DNA of 64,000 nt from Clostridia bacterium (lineage in GTDB: Bacteria > Bacillota > Clostridia > Oscillospirales > CAG-272), in assembly GCA_017441005.1 (NCBI GenBank), contig JAFSAM010000005.1, forward strand, positions 27,319-91,318, in the 5' to 3' direction. Numbering within the stretch: position 1 is the stretch's first letter; every line of letters begins with the position of its first letter. The translations under genes and the position numbers were made by a program. Below the pieces are notes generated by a model, which was given only the letters and a program-made list of their open reading frames with translations, did not search any database and had not been told where the DNA came from. Below, in pieces: positions 19,494 through 29,284 of this stretch.

Positions 19494-19627
19494 AATAAGC
19501 ACCGCCCATTCAAATAATACGCCTTTGATTATATCAAAAAAACTTAGAACTTACAACGGTTTTATTTACAAAACGCAAAAAAAGTGATAGAATCATACTG
19601 CAAACATAAAGAAACGGAGTGCGTTTT

Positions 19628-20404
19628 ATGCAAATAACCTGCCTGATCGAAAACACAAGCAACGATACCGCCCTCTCGCCCGAGCACGGATTATCTCTGT
19701 ATATAGAGGCAAACGGAAAGAAAATACTGTTTGACATGGGACAAACCGACTCTTATATAAAAAATGCGAAAAAAATCGGCATCGATCTTTCGGCAGTCGA
19801 TACCGCCATTCTTTCCCACGGTCACTACGACCACGGCGGGGGAATGGGTGCGTTTTTAAAAACAAATACAAAGGCGAGAATATATTTAAGCCAATATGCC
19901 TTTCTTCCCCACTACAACAGCGAAGTAAAATACATCGGACTTGACTGCAACTTAAAGAATAACGACAGACTTAATTATACGAATGATGTATGCAAGCTTT
20001 CCGACGGCTTTACACTGTATTCCTGCAATCAAAACACAAGAAAACACCGTGTATCCACCGTCGGTATGACTGAGGAAAGAGACGGTATGCTCTGCCCCGA
20101 CGAATTTCTGCACGAGCAGTACCTTCTTATAGAGGAGAACGGCAAAAGAGTGGTTATAAGCGGTTGCTCACACAAGGGTATACTCGATATAGTAAGCTGG
20201 TTTCAGCCCGACGTGCTGATCGGAGGCTTTCACTTTTCAAAATTCCCGCTCGACGAAAAGCTGACCGAATACGCAAGACGGCTAAACACCTATGACACTG
20301 TATACTACACATGCCATTGCACGGGAACAGAACAGTACAGGTTTATGAAGCCGCATATCAGATCGCTTAATTACTTATCCACGGGAGACAGTATAACAAT
20401 ATAA
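19628..20404 (+). CDS. MBL-fold metallo-hydrolase
   Basis: HGHYDHGGG motif and a later SGCSH motif. The ATG at 19628 is preceded by aacggag. Confidence 0.75.
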   Translation: MQITCLIENTSNDTALSPEHGLSLYIEANGKKILFDMGQTDSYIKNAKKIGIDLSAVDTAILSHGHYDHGGGMGAFLKTNTKARIYLSQYAFLPHYNSEVKYIGLDCNLKNNDRLNYTNDVCKLSDGFTLYSCNQNTRKHRVSTVGMTEERDGMLCPDEFLHEQYLLIEENGKRVVISGCSHKGILDIVSWFQPDVLIGGFHFSKFPLDEKLTEYARRLNTYDTVYYTCHCTGTEQYRFMKPHIRSLNYLSTGDSITI

Positions 20405-20439
20405 AAATGAGTATGGAATTGTTCCATACTCATTTTTTG
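20403..20439. terminator. Bidirectional terminator between the MBL gene and metH
   Basis: 12-bp stem atgagtatggaa / ttccatactcat flanked by A and T runs. Confidence 0.8.
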
Positions 20440-20447
20440 TATAAGCT

Positions 20448-22847
20448 TTATTTTCCGACTACACTTTCTGCAAATCTAACGCCGTCCATGGCATCCTTTG
20501 CGTAGCCGTCAGCCCCGATCTTTTCGGCATAGTCACGTGTAAGCACGGCTCCGCCTACGATTATCTTGCAGAAGGGTGCTTTTTCTCTGAGCAGTTTTAT
20601 GGTCTCCTCCATAGCGGGAACGGTAGTCGTCATAAGAGCGGACAGTCCCACCATAGGAGCTTTTGTTTCGAGGACCTTGTCTGCGATTGCCGTCGGCGGG
20701 ACGTCTTTTCCGAGGTCAATAACGTTAAATCCGTAGTTTTCAAGGAGCAATTTCACGATATTTTTGCCGATATCGTGTATATCGCCGTAGACGGTAGCCA
20801 ACACAAAAGACCCTCTGTTTGAAGCCTTCTGTCCGCCCGCCATAAACGCTTTAACCTCTTCAAAGGCACATTTTGCCGCCTCGGCACTCATAAGAAGCTG
20901 CGGCAAATACACTTTTTTTTCTTCAAAGCCCTTTCCCACAGTGTTGAGTGCGGGAATGATCTCATCATTTACAATTTCAAGCGGATCGGTATTACAAAGC
21001 ATATCCCTTGTGATCTCCGACGCCCTTTCCTTGAAGCCCTTTATGACCGCTTTTTTCAATTCCGAGCCATATTCCTCACTCGACCTTTCCCCGCCGGGAG
21101 CAGGCAGAATGACACCGACAGCAAAGCTGTCTGCTTTTGCAATATAATCGGCGCAGTTTTCGTCAAGACCGTTCAGCGCACGGAATGCATAGTAGGTCTT
21201 CATCATTTCGGAGGAATACGGATTCATTATCGCGGCGGAAAGACCGCTGTTCAGACACATAGCAAAGAAAACGCTGTTAATGGCATCTCTGTTCGGAAGA
21301 CCGAAAGATACGTTCGAAACACCGAGCGAGGTATGACAACCAAGCTCGTTCTTGATCCGCCTTACGGCATCTGCCGTTTCAGATGCTGCCTTATTGTCTG
21401 CACTTACAGTCAATGCCAAGGGATCAAAGATTATATCCTTTTTGCTTATTCCGTATTCGGCAGCCCTGTCTAATATCTTACGTGCAATAGCAAGTCGTCC
21501 CTCCGAGGTCGACGGAATACCGCTCTCGTCGAGAGTCAATGCGACCACAAGACCGCCGTATTTTTTCACAAGCGGAAAGACCTTGTCCATGCTTTCGGAT
21601 TTGCCGTTCACCGAATTGATCATAGCCTTGCCGTTGTAGCGTCGGAGTGCCCCTTCCATAGCAACGGCATCTGCGGTATCAATCTGGAGCGGCAGATCTG
21701 TCACCGTCTGCAGCTCGCAAACGGCTTTTTTCAAAACCTCCGCCTCGTCGATTTCCGGCAGACCGACGTTTACGTCGAGGACGTGAACCCCCTTTTCCTG
21801 CTGATTTACACCCTCGTTCAAAATATAATCCATATCGTTTTCAAGCAATGCTGCCTTAAAACGCTTTTTACCTGTAGGATTGATCCTTTCTCCTATCAGT
21901 ATGGGAGAATCGCCAAACTTTACCGCGTGACTGTATGAGGATACGACAGTAAGATTTTTATCGGTAAGAGGAACGGGAGTAAACCCTTCTGTTTTTTCGT
22001 TCAAAAGCTTAATGTATTCGGGCGTTGTTCCGCAACAACCGCCCATCACCCTGACACCTGATTTCACAAGATCTGCGACCTCGTCTGAAAACTCGTCGGG
22101 TGTTATGTCAAACACAGTCTTGCCTTCGACCACCTTGGGCAGACCTGCGTTTGGCTTTAAAACGACAGGCACGGACGCATTTTCGATAAGGCTCAGCGCA
22201 ACACCCCGAAGCTGCTTCGGACCGAGCGAGCAGTTAGCCCCGATCGCATCTGCCCCCATACCCTCAAGAAGAGCAACCATCGCCATAGGATCAGCACCCG
22301 TCATAAGCTTGCCGTCCTCGCCGTAGGCATTGGATACAATTACAGGCAGTTCGCTGTTTTCTTTGGCAGCAAGAAGTGCAGCCTTCGTCTCGTAGCTGTC
22401 GTTCATCGTTTCGATTATAATGAGGTCGACACCGTATTTTACACCTAATTTAACAGTTTTTGCAAATACCGACACCGCGTCCTCAAAATCGAGATCGCCG
22501 AGCGGTTTAAGCAGCTTTCCCGAAGGCCCGATATCGAGAGCCACAAACTTTTCTTTTTGCGAAACACTGCATCTCGCCGCACTTCTTGCGTTGGAAACAG
22601 CCGCTTTGATTATGGAATCAAGCTCCTCCTCGGAAAACTTCAGAATGTTTGCTCCGAAGGTATTTGTAGACACAACGTTGCTTCCGGCATCGTAGTAGCT
22701 TTTATGTATTTCGGTTATAATATCGGGGTGGGTAATGTTCCACTTTTCGGGATGCTCTCCCGGCTTAAGACCGCGCGATTGAAGCAACGTACCCATACCG
22801 CCGTCAAGGCAGACGATATTATCTTTTAAAAAACGGAAAAAATCCAT
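20448..22847 (-). CDS. metH: Methionine synthase lacking the activation domain (homocysteine S-methyltransferase, pterin-binding and B12-binding modules)
   Basis: 799 aa. N-terminal Hcy-binding module (LDGGMGT...GGCCGTTP). Central pterin-binding module. C-terminal cobalamin-binding module with the DxHxxG motif (GDIHDIGKNIV). Confidence 0.85.
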   Translation of the reverse strand: MDFFRFLKDNIVCLDGGMGTLLQSRGLKPGEHPEKWNITHPDIITEIHKSYYDAGSNVVSTNTFGANILKFSEEELDSIIKAAVSNARSAARCSVSQKEKFVALDIGPSGKLLKPLGDLDFEDAVSVFAKTVKLGVKYGVDLIIIETMNDSYETKAALLAAKENSELPVIVSNAYGEDGKLMTGADPMAMVALLEGMGADAIGANCSLGPKQLRGVALSLIENASVPVVLKPNAGLPKVVEGKTVFDITPDEFSDEVADLVKSGVRVMGGCCGTTPEYIKLLNEKTEGFTPVPLTDKNLTVVSSYSHAVKFGDSPILIGERINPTGKKRFKAALLENDMDYILNEGVNQQEKGVHVLDVNVGLPEIDEAEVLKKAVCELQTVTDLPLQIDTADAVAMEGALRRYNGKAMINSVNGKSESMDKVFPLVKKYGGLVVALTLDESGIPSTSEGRLAIARKILDRAAEYGISKKDIIFDPLALTVSADNKAASETADAVRRIKNELGCHTSLGVSNVSFGLPNRDAINSVFFAMCLNSGLSAAIMNPYSSEMMKTYYAFRALNGLDENCADYIAKADSFAVGVILPAPGGERSSEEYGSELKKAVIKGFKERASEITRDMLCNTDPLEIVNDEIIPALNTVGKGFEEKKVYLPQLLMSAEAAKCAFEEVKAFMAGGQKASNRGSFVLATVYGDIHDIGKNIVKLLLENYGFNVIDLGKDVPPTAIADKVLETKAPMVGLSALMTTTVPAMEETIKLLREKAPFCKIIVGGAVLTRDYAEKIGADGYAKDAMDGVRFAESVVGK

Positions 22848-22874
22848 ATTTTCACCTCTGAAATGGTATCTCGT

Positions 22875-23462
22875 TTATTTATGTATTCCCACAAAAGCCG
22901 TAACCGATTTTGTAGGTGACATAAGCAGACTTTCATTCAGCGAAAGTCCGATTTTTTTACAGTCAAGAAGAGAGAATATATCTCTCTGTACAGCCAATGG
23001 CAAGTCACCGTAGCCCGGACTGAATCGCGGCTTCAGTGTGCCACCGTACTCTTCTCCGATTTTCCGGCAAAAGGCATCGCAAAGTGACTCGATCCTTTCA
23101 GCCCCGATAGCCTGATACATCACTGCCTCCGACGGTGCTATTCTGCTGTATTTCATAATAAGCCGGTCTATTCCGACCCCAACCGTCGCACCGAAGATAA
23201 CAGCCTTGTCGCAATCGGCTAAATTTTTTGAAAGATCGGCTGATTCGATCTTCATTCCACCGAGATCGCAAACATTGCCAATAATCTTCAAGTCAAAAAC
23301 ACCAAAGCAAACTTTACCTGCAAAGCAGCTCCTTGATCTTTCGATACACTTATCCAAAAGCGCATCTATTGACTCACTCGTGTTCAAGCATCCGGCATAG
23401 CGGAGTATCTCCTTGCGCGAAAAATCCGGAAGAATAACAGACTCAGTTAAGATAACGCTCAT
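22875..23462 (-). CDS. Stand-alone methionine synthase activation (AdoMet-binding) domain protein
   Basis: 195 aa, including RFSPGYGDLPL. Position between metF and metH is typical of split MetH systems. Its start overlaps the metF stop. Confidence 0.7.
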   Translation of the reverse strand: MSVILTESVILPDFSRKEILRYAGCLNTSESIDALLDKCIERSRSCFAGKVCFGVFDLKIIGNVCDLGGMKIESADLSKNLADCDKAVIFGATVGVGIDRLIMKYSRIAPSEAVMYQAIGAERIESLCDAFCRKIGEEYGGTLKPRFSPGYGDLPLAVQRDIFSLLDCKKIGLSLNESLLMSPTKSVTAFVGIHK

Positions 23463-24337
23463 TTACCCAAAATATCCGAGAGATTGCTTTGAATCTTCTC
23501 TGCAACGTCAGGCTTGTTCATCGAATAAACGTGAACGTTTGTTATACCGTTTGCATAAAGATCGATTATTTGATCTGTCGCATAGGCAATACCCGCCTGT
23601 TTCATTGCAAGCGGATCGTGACCAAACTTGTCCACGATGCTCTTGAAGCGCTGAGGCATAAAGCTACCCGAAAGCTTGATCGCCCTTTCGACCTGATTTG
23701 CGTTAGTTATGGGCATAATACCGGGAATTATGGGCACTGTGATCCCTGCCTCGCGTATTTTATAAAGGAAATTATAGAGCAGATTGTTGTCAAAAAACAT
23801 TTGCGTAGTAAGAAAATCACAGCCTGCATCCACCTTTTCCTTTAGGTATTTGATGTCGTCCGCTTGATTCTCACTTTCGGGATGGACCTCCGGATAGCAA
23901 GCCCCTCCGAGGCAAAAATCGGGATCTGCCTCCTTCAATTCTCTTACAAGATCGATCGCGTGCTTGTAGTCCCATTTACTTCTGTCAGCATTTTCGAGTC
24001 CCGAAGGGATATCGCCGCGAAGCGCCATAATATTAGTGATACCTGCTTCCTTGATATCGGCAATTCTTTCCTTTACCGTTTCTTTTGTGGAAGAAACGCA
24101 GGTAAGATGCGCTAAGGTAGGAACACCGTACAATTCTTTTATATTCTTTGCAATATCCAAAGTGTATCTGCTTGTACCTCCGCCCGCTCCGTAGGTAACA
24201 CTCATAAACGAGGGCCTGAGCTTTGCGATCTCCTCTGTGGCAACCTTTACACTCTCAAAACTCGTTTCGGTCTTCGGAGGAAACACCTCGAAGGAAAGCA
24301 TCATTTTATTCTGTGTAAGCAGATCAATAATCTTCAT
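23459..24337 (-). CDS. metF: 5,10-methylenetetrahydrofolate reductase
   Basis: 292 aa with SFEVFPPKT, VTYGAGG, HLTC and ALRGD motifs. Confidence 0.9.
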   Translation of the reverse strand: MKIIDLLTQNKMMLSFEVFPPKTETSFESVKVATEEIAKLRPSFMSVTYGAGGGTSRYTLDIAKNIKELYGVPTLAHLTCVSSTKETVKERIADIKEAGITNIMALRGDIPSGLENADRSKWDYKHAIDLVRELKEADPDFCLGGACYPEVHPESENQADDIKYLKEKVDAGCDFLTTQMFFDNNLLYNFLYKIREAGITVPIIPGIMPITNANQVERAIKLSGSFMPQRFKSIVDKFGHDPLAMKQAGIAYATDQIIDLYANGITNVHVYSMNKPDVAEKIQSNLSDILGK

Positions 24338-24368
24338 AACACTACCTCTTATATATAGATATATATTA

Positions 24369-24398
24369 ATTATACACCTATAGACAAAAAAGTGTCAA
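24369..24398 (-). promoter_or_regulatory. Candidate sigma-70 promoter of the metF operon
   Basis: Minus strand reads TTGACA, 18 nt, TATAAT, about 30 nt upstream of the metF RBS. Confidence 0.5.
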
Positions 24399-24404
24399 GA
24401 TTAT

Positions 24405-25478
24405 TTATATTTTTTCTTCCGTCTTTCCTTCCGAAAACAGAGTTTTCAAAACAATAACGAGAACAGGAAAGGATATCATCCCGAGAAAGCCGCAAAGATT
24501 AAGTCCTATATACATTGAAAACAGCGTCATCAATGGATGCAGACCAATGCTTTTTCCGATTATCTTGGGTTCAAGTATCTCTCTGACAACGCTTACAACG
24601 GCAAATATGATAAGAAGCCCGAAGCCCTCGTAATATGCCCCCGCGACAAGCTTGATCACCGCCCAGGGAATAAGCACTGTTCCTACCCCGATCACCGGCA
24701 ATACGTCAAGCAGCGCTATGATCAATGCGACTGTAAAGGCATAATCTGTCTTAAGTATCGCAAGCCCCGCGTAAAGTTGTAAAAAAGTAATACCGATCGT
24801 AAGCAAATATCCTTTCAAGATCCTTTTCCCCGCAAGTTTAAGCTTTACTCTCGTTTTTGTGATCTGCGACTTTGCCTTTTCGGGCAGTTTGCCCATAACA
24901 AACGAATTGATCTCTTCGTAATCGGCACAAAAATAATAGGAAGCCATAATAAGCACTAATGACACAAAAAGCAGATTTGGGATCAAAGAGATCATGCGGG
25001 TAAGCATTTCCGGGATATTGGAAGTAAAGCCCGAAAACATATCCTTAGCCATATTCCCGAAGCTTTTGAGCATCTCCTCCTCGCTTCCAAAGGTCTTTAG
25101 AAACGGAATCTTGCTTAAAAACTTATTCAGAAGATTCATAATATTCCCCGACCATTTGTCTGCGTTATCGTTCACAGTCTTAACAATTCCGCTGAACTCG
25201 TATATCAGCTTATCCATAATATAAAAAAGTACCACGCCGATGAGAGCAAGAAGCAATATAACGAGAATAACACTGACGACCTTTTTTGAAATACCCATGC
25301 GTTTTGATATCGTCTCTGCGATCGGTCGGATCATCAAGGCGACCAGCCAGGCGATTATAAACGGCAAAAGAAGATCAAGCAGATACTTGAAAAAAACATA
25401 GATCAAAACTATCCCCAAAACCGCATAAAAAGCCAATACAAGTATTCTTTTGTAACCGTCCTCGGGCAAAAATCGCAT
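24405..25478 (-). CDS. AI-2E family transporter / YtvI-like sporulation membrane protein
   Basis: 357-aa polytopic protein with the layout typical of the PerM/YtvI family. Strong RBS aggagg. Confidence 0.7.
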   Translation of the reverse strand: MRFLPEDGYKRILVLAFYAVLGIVLIYVFFKYLLDLLLPFIIAWLVALMIRPIAETISKRMGISKKVVSVILVILLLALIGVVLFYIMDKLIYEFSGIVKTVNDNADKWSGNIMNLLNKFLSKIPFLKTFGSEEEMLKSFGNMAKDMFSGFTSNIPEMLTRMISLIPNLLFVSLVLIMASYYFCADYEEINSFVMGKLPEKAKSQITKTRVKLKLAGKRILKGYLLTIGITFLQLYAGLAILKTDYAFTVALIIALLDVLPVIGVGTVLIPWAVIKLVAGAYYEGFGLLIIFAVVSVVREILEPKIIGKSIGLHPLMTLFSMYIGLNLCGFLGMISFPVLVIVLKTLFSEGKTEEKI

Positions 25479-25531
25479 ATAACATCCTCCTTTTTTCGGG
25501 TACTGTTTTTTTACATTTTACTATAGTATAT

Positions 25532-25565
25532 AAAAAAAGAGGACGTTCCATTCGAGAAACGTCCC
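25532..25565 (-). terminator. Terminator downstream of apbE
   Basis: Stem ggacgtt / aacgtcc, followed on the minus strand by a T7 run. Confidence 0.6.
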
Positions 25566-25604
25566 AAAATATGCATATTTTTTAATTCCGGATAATCAGA
25601 CTTG

Positions 25605-26564
25605 TCAGTTTTGTGAAAAGACTTCCTTCATACCGTCGTTCATATATATTTGACCGCCCTCCACAATAAGGTATTTCACATCCTCCGACAGGCCGAATTT
25701 TTCTTCGGCAAGAGTATGTCCCATAACCATGAATGCAGTTGACAGCGCGTCACATTCCGCTCCGCTGTCGGATATGACTACAGCGCACTGAACACCGTTG
25801 TTTACGGGCACCCCCGTTTTCGTATCTATAATATGATTATATTTTTTGCCCTCTATCTCGTAGAATCTTTCGTAGTCGCCCGAAACCGAAATAAAGCCGT
25901 CAAAAAGAGTAAGGTATCCCATAATGCTTTGAGGATCATTAGGGTCTTTAAGCGCAATTTTCCAAGGATTTCCGTCGGGATTCTTGCCGAATACGCCTAT
26001 GCTGCTCGAAAAAGACACCATCCCCGAGACGATACCCTCTTCCTTCAAAAGTCCGACAAGCCTGTCGCAGGCATATCCCTTTGCTATACCTCCGAATTCA
26101 AGCTTTGTGTTTTCATTTTTCTTTTCAAGAAAACGGTTTTCTTTCAGTTCTGACGGCACAACGCTTTCAATCGCCAAAGCTATTTCGCCCTCTGTCGGGT
26201 AAGCCTCGCTGTTGCTCCAAAGTTCGGTCAGACCGCCCGAATACACCGAAAATGCACCGTCGCATCTTTCCGAAACCGCTTCACCGATTTCGATCACGTC
26301 TTCTAAGGTTGAATTGATGATACTTCCGTTTTCGGACAAATTGAAAGTGGCAGTCAGCCCTCCCCCATTATGCCTCGAAAGATCGGAGTCAAGCTCGGCA
26401 AGAAGATTTTTACACTTGTCAAAGCACTCGCTTTTACCCGAATCTATCTTGACCGATACAACCGTGTCCATATAGAAATACGTCTTCTCTGTATAAGTGT
26501 TACCTCCGCAGGCAGTAAGCAACATACACAGAATCACACATAAAACAAATAATATTTTTTTCAT
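25605..26564 (-). CDS. apbE: FAD:protein FMN transferase (ApbE family) lipoprotein
   Basis: The ATG at 26564 overlaps the upstream stop (ATGA). Lipobox LLTACGG. ApbE-type motifs GGIAKGYA and ISVSGD. Confidence 0.85.
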   Translation of the reverse strand: MKKILFVLCVILCMLLTACGGNTYTEKTYFYMDTVVSVKIDSGKSECFDKCKNLLAELDSDLSRHNGGGLTATFNLSENGSIINSTLEDVIEIGEAVSERCDGAFSVYSGGLTELWSNSEAYPTEGEIALAIESVVPSELKENRFLEKKNENTKLEFGGIAKGYACDRLVGLLKEEGIVSGMVSFSSSIGVFGKNPDGNPWKIALKDPNDPQSIMGYLTLFDGFISVSGDYERFYEIEGKKYNHIIDTKTGVPVNNGVQCAVVISDSGAECDALSTAFMVMGHTLAEEKFGLSEDVKYLIVEGGQIYMNDGMKEVFSQN

Positions 26565-27079
26565 ATTCTCTTCTCCGCAAAACGACCAAAGGCAACAGCC
26601 AATAGACCGGTAATAATCCCCGTCGCTATCGATACGGGCAAAAGCCATTCCATATACCAAAATATCGCCGTATCCTTAAATATCACCGAAGCGGTTGCAA
26701 CTTGGCCAAAATTATGCAAGGCTGCACAGGCGACCGATATGCCGATAAAACCGATTTTTTCCTTAATGATATACTTCGCAAAAAGCAGAAAACAAAATGC
26801 AAACAGTCCCCCGACAAGAGAAAACACAAATGACATGGGAGTACCGAAAAGCATAGCAGTAAGCAGGCTTTTTAACAGTGTTATGATAAAAGCATCGACC
26901 GTGCCGAGATAATACAGCGCAAGCATCACACAGACGTTTGCAAGACCGAGCTTAAAGCCGGGAATGGGCAACAGAAAATTCAAGGGAACAAGGCTCTCCA
27001 TATAAGAAAACATAAGGGAAAGCACCACAAATAATCCGCCGAAAGCCACTCTTTTAGCCGAGGATGAAGTCATAGTCAT
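26561..27079 (-). CDS. Gx transporter family / heptaprenyl-diphosphate-synthase-component-I-like membrane protein
   Basis: 172 aa with 5 TM segments. Gene order NusG-II, then this gene, then ApbE is a recurrent Firmicutes cluster. Confidence 0.65.
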   Translation of the reverse strand: MTMTSSSAKRVAFGGLFVVLSLMFSYMESLVPLNFLLPIPGFKLGLANVCVMLALYYLGTVDAFIITLLKSLLTAMLFGTPMSFVFSLVGGLFAFCFLLFAKYIIKEKIGFIGISVACAALHNFGQVATASVIFKDTAIFWYMEWLLPVSIATGIITGLLAVAFGRFAEKRI

Positions 27080-27422
27080 TCTCCCCCTCCCCTGCTATTT
27101 TGATATACACCTTTGACGGAGCGCAAACTACAATTTCGCCTTTCTTTCCGATCTTTCCGCTTAATACACAGTTCTTTTCCGGACAGTCGGAATTATCTAT
27201 GTATGCCTTTTTATCCTTGATCACAACAGTAAGAGTGATTCCTTCGTTCTCGATAACCAGAGTTCTGTCAATGTCGAGCGGATAAGAAGAAGATACCCCG
27301 TCAACCGAGATTACTACCGTATTTCCGTTTTCAAAACCAAAAAGGCGGAAGCAAAAAACTCCCGCCGTGATCAGCAGTAATAAAAGAATAACAATAACGT
27401 CTCCGATTTTGATCTTCTTCAT
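27054..27422 (-). CDS. NusG domain II-containing (DUF1312-like) membrane-anchored protein
   Basis: 122 aa with an N-terminal TM helix, a beta-rich domain and a CPEKNC motif. Called mainly from context. Confidence 0.6.
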   Translation of the reverse strand: MKKIKIGDVIVILLLLLITAGVFCFRLFGFENGNTVVISVDGVSSSYPLDIDRTLVIENEGITLTVVIKDKKAYIDNSDCPEKNCVLSGKIGKKGEIVVCAPSKVYIKIAGEGENDYDFILG

Positions 27423-27499
27423 AAAGCATTCCTTGGATTTGATTTGGGTTCAACACAAAAAGTATACACTTTTTATACTTTTATGTCAATAACTATTTG

Positions 27500-28873
27500 C
27501 TATTCACTTGCCAATATAGCATTGTATACCTGCGCTAAAATGTTCCAGGTGGTCGATGTCACCACTCCCGTGGGAGTGATCTCAAACAGACTTTGAAAAA
27601 TCTTTACGGCATCCTCGGTTTGTCGGTCAAACTCCCCCGTCACCAAAACACTTCGCATTTTCGGATAAGCATCCGCCACTTTGTTGAGATATTGCTGTAA
27701 ATATCTAACATCTCTCCCCACACTTCCCAACACAAGCATACTTCCGCCGTATGGCACCGCTTTCTCGGAAAAGGCACTTGGCGGAAGGACTGAAAACAAA
27801 TCATTATACACTCCCTGTAATACTCCAAAAACCTCTTGTGTTACGATCCCGTTCGGTTCAAAGCCGAATATATTTTGAAATGCTGTCACAGACTGATAGG
27901 TTTTTTCTCCGTATACTCCGACCACTTGAGGTGGAGGTACCCTATCGTCAAAGCTTGAAACAAAAAGCAAATAATACTGCAATAGTTTGACCTGGTTTCC
28001 CACGTCTCCATACTTCAAAATTGCTCTAAGTTGCGGTGTTATCCCCTCGAATTGAGTTTCGTATACAACAAGCTGATTAAGCCGACGTATACTGTCAATA
28101 ACGTACAGCAACTTATAATACGTATTTTTTTCTATGCTTCCGCTTATGGGAAGATCAAATATTCTTTGAAACTCTTTTACCGATTCGGATGTATTATTAT
28201 TGTAAAAACCGTTTGCATTTTCAATAAACGGAATAGTGGGATAATTTGCAGATATCCTGTTCAATGCTATTTGCAGACCGCTGACGTTTCCTCCTCTCTG
28301 TCCCTCATACATCGGATAACCGATCAAAAACTCATTTTCAAGGCCAAAAACCTCTGCATTCTTCTCTATTCTGATACTTCCTCCGAAGTAATACTCAAGT
28401 ATCTCGGTATAATTTTTACCTGCATTCGCCAGCTCGATCGCCCCCTCGACCGATAACCCTCTGCAACGTTCCTTTGAGTAGCAAATAACTGCATCAAACG
28501 GAGTGTATTCATCTCCGATTGCTAAGTATTCATTAAAAATCATATCGACCGTTTCATTTATATTTCCGAATATCGTACTGTTATATTCGTAGTAGATATC
28601 ATCGGAAGGATCATTTGTAATATCAAATGAATAGCCCATTTTGCGATATTTTTTTTGCGTGATGCGGTAAAGCGCGCGGCTGATATACGCATAGGTTATA
28701 GCATAAAGAGCATCTTTGGGAATATCGGGAGAGACGGCCAAAGACACGACCGTCTTTATGTATTCCGGAAAAGAAACAGTGACGTTTTCTGACATTTCGT
28801 CAAGACTGCCGAGGTGTACAGTAACGTATGCAGGCACATCTGCAACAGAAATATTACCGGTCATCATTATCAC
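27500..28873 (-). CDS. Peptidoglycan-binding protein: SpoIID/LytB-like N-terminal region plus three PG_binding_1 repeats
   Basis: Three repeats have the G..G..V..LQ..LN......G.F...T..AV..FQ pattern. The GTG at 28873 overlaps the upstream stop. An alternative ATG lies at 28867. Confidence 0.65.
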   Translation of the reverse strand: MIMMTGNISVADVPAYVTVHLGSLDEMSENVTVSFPEYIKTVVSLAVSPDIPKDALYAITYAYISRALYRITQKKYRKMGYSFDITNDPSDDIYYEYNSTIFGNINETVDMIFNEYLAIGDEYTPFDAVICYSKERCRGLSVEGAIELANAGKNYTEILEYYFGGSIRIEKNAEVFGLENEFLIGYPMYEGQRGGNVSGLQIALNRISANYPTIPFIENANGFYNNNTSESVKEFQRIFDLPISGSIEKNTYYKLLYVIDSIRRLNQLVVYETQFEGITPQLRAILKYGDVGNQVKLLQYYLLFVSSFDDRVPPPQVVGVYGEKTYQSVTAFQNIFGFEPNGIVTQEVFGVLQGVYNDLFSVLPPSAFSEKAVPYGGSMLVLGSVGRDVRYLQQYLNKVADAYPKMRSVLVTGEFDRQTEDAVKIFQSLFEITPTGVVTSTTWNILAQVYNAILASE

Positions 28874-29157
28874 CCTTCGTCTCTCGGAAAGAGGTTTACG
28901 TTTTGCAATGTAGTGATCTTCCCGACGATCGGAATATCATTGTATTCCTTTTCATAAAAGCCATCGGCATAGACCTTCATACTGTAAATATCCCCTGCCG
29001 AAAGAGGGATAGTATCCGTTTTTCCATCAGCATCAGTAAAAAACTCACCAAAAAAGCTCCCGTTTTTTTCAAGAACGATACGGCTGTCCCCGACAGGAGA
29101 AGCTCCGTTTGCAAATCTCACGTTTACTGTCAAATATCCGATAGGCAATCTGTTCAT
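28870..29157 (-). CDS. Small carboxypeptidase-regulatory-like (beta-sandwich) domain protein
   Basis: GYLTVNVRFANGASPVGDSRIVLEKNG...TDADGKTDTIPLSAGDIYSMKVYADGF resembles a CarboxypepD_reg fold signature. The ATG at 29157 follows aggag. Confidence 0.5.
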   Translation of the reverse strand: MNRLPIGYLTVNVRFANGASPVGDSRIVLEKNGSFFGEFFTDADGKTDTIPLSAGDIYSMKVYADGFYEKEYNDIPIVGKITTLQNVNLFPRDEG

Positions 29158-29223
29158 CCTTCTGCTCCTCATAAAAAATATTATTTCTTTATATTATATG
29201 AGCAAAAGTTTAAAATGTGACGT

Positions 29224-29252
29224 AAAAAAACCGCAGAATTTCTGCGGTTTTT
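29224..29252 (-). terminator. Terminator downstream of ftsZ
   Basis: Stem ccgcaga / tctgcgg flanked by A7 and T5 runs. Confidence 0.7.
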
Positions 29253-29284
29253 AAAATATTCAAAAATAGAATTCAGACCCCTGA

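Noticed and set aside
24338-24404. Expected SAM (S-box) riboswitch upstream of metF-metH
   Set aside because: The whole intergenic region is 67 bp and is occupied by a promoter and an RBS. No S-box-like helices are present.
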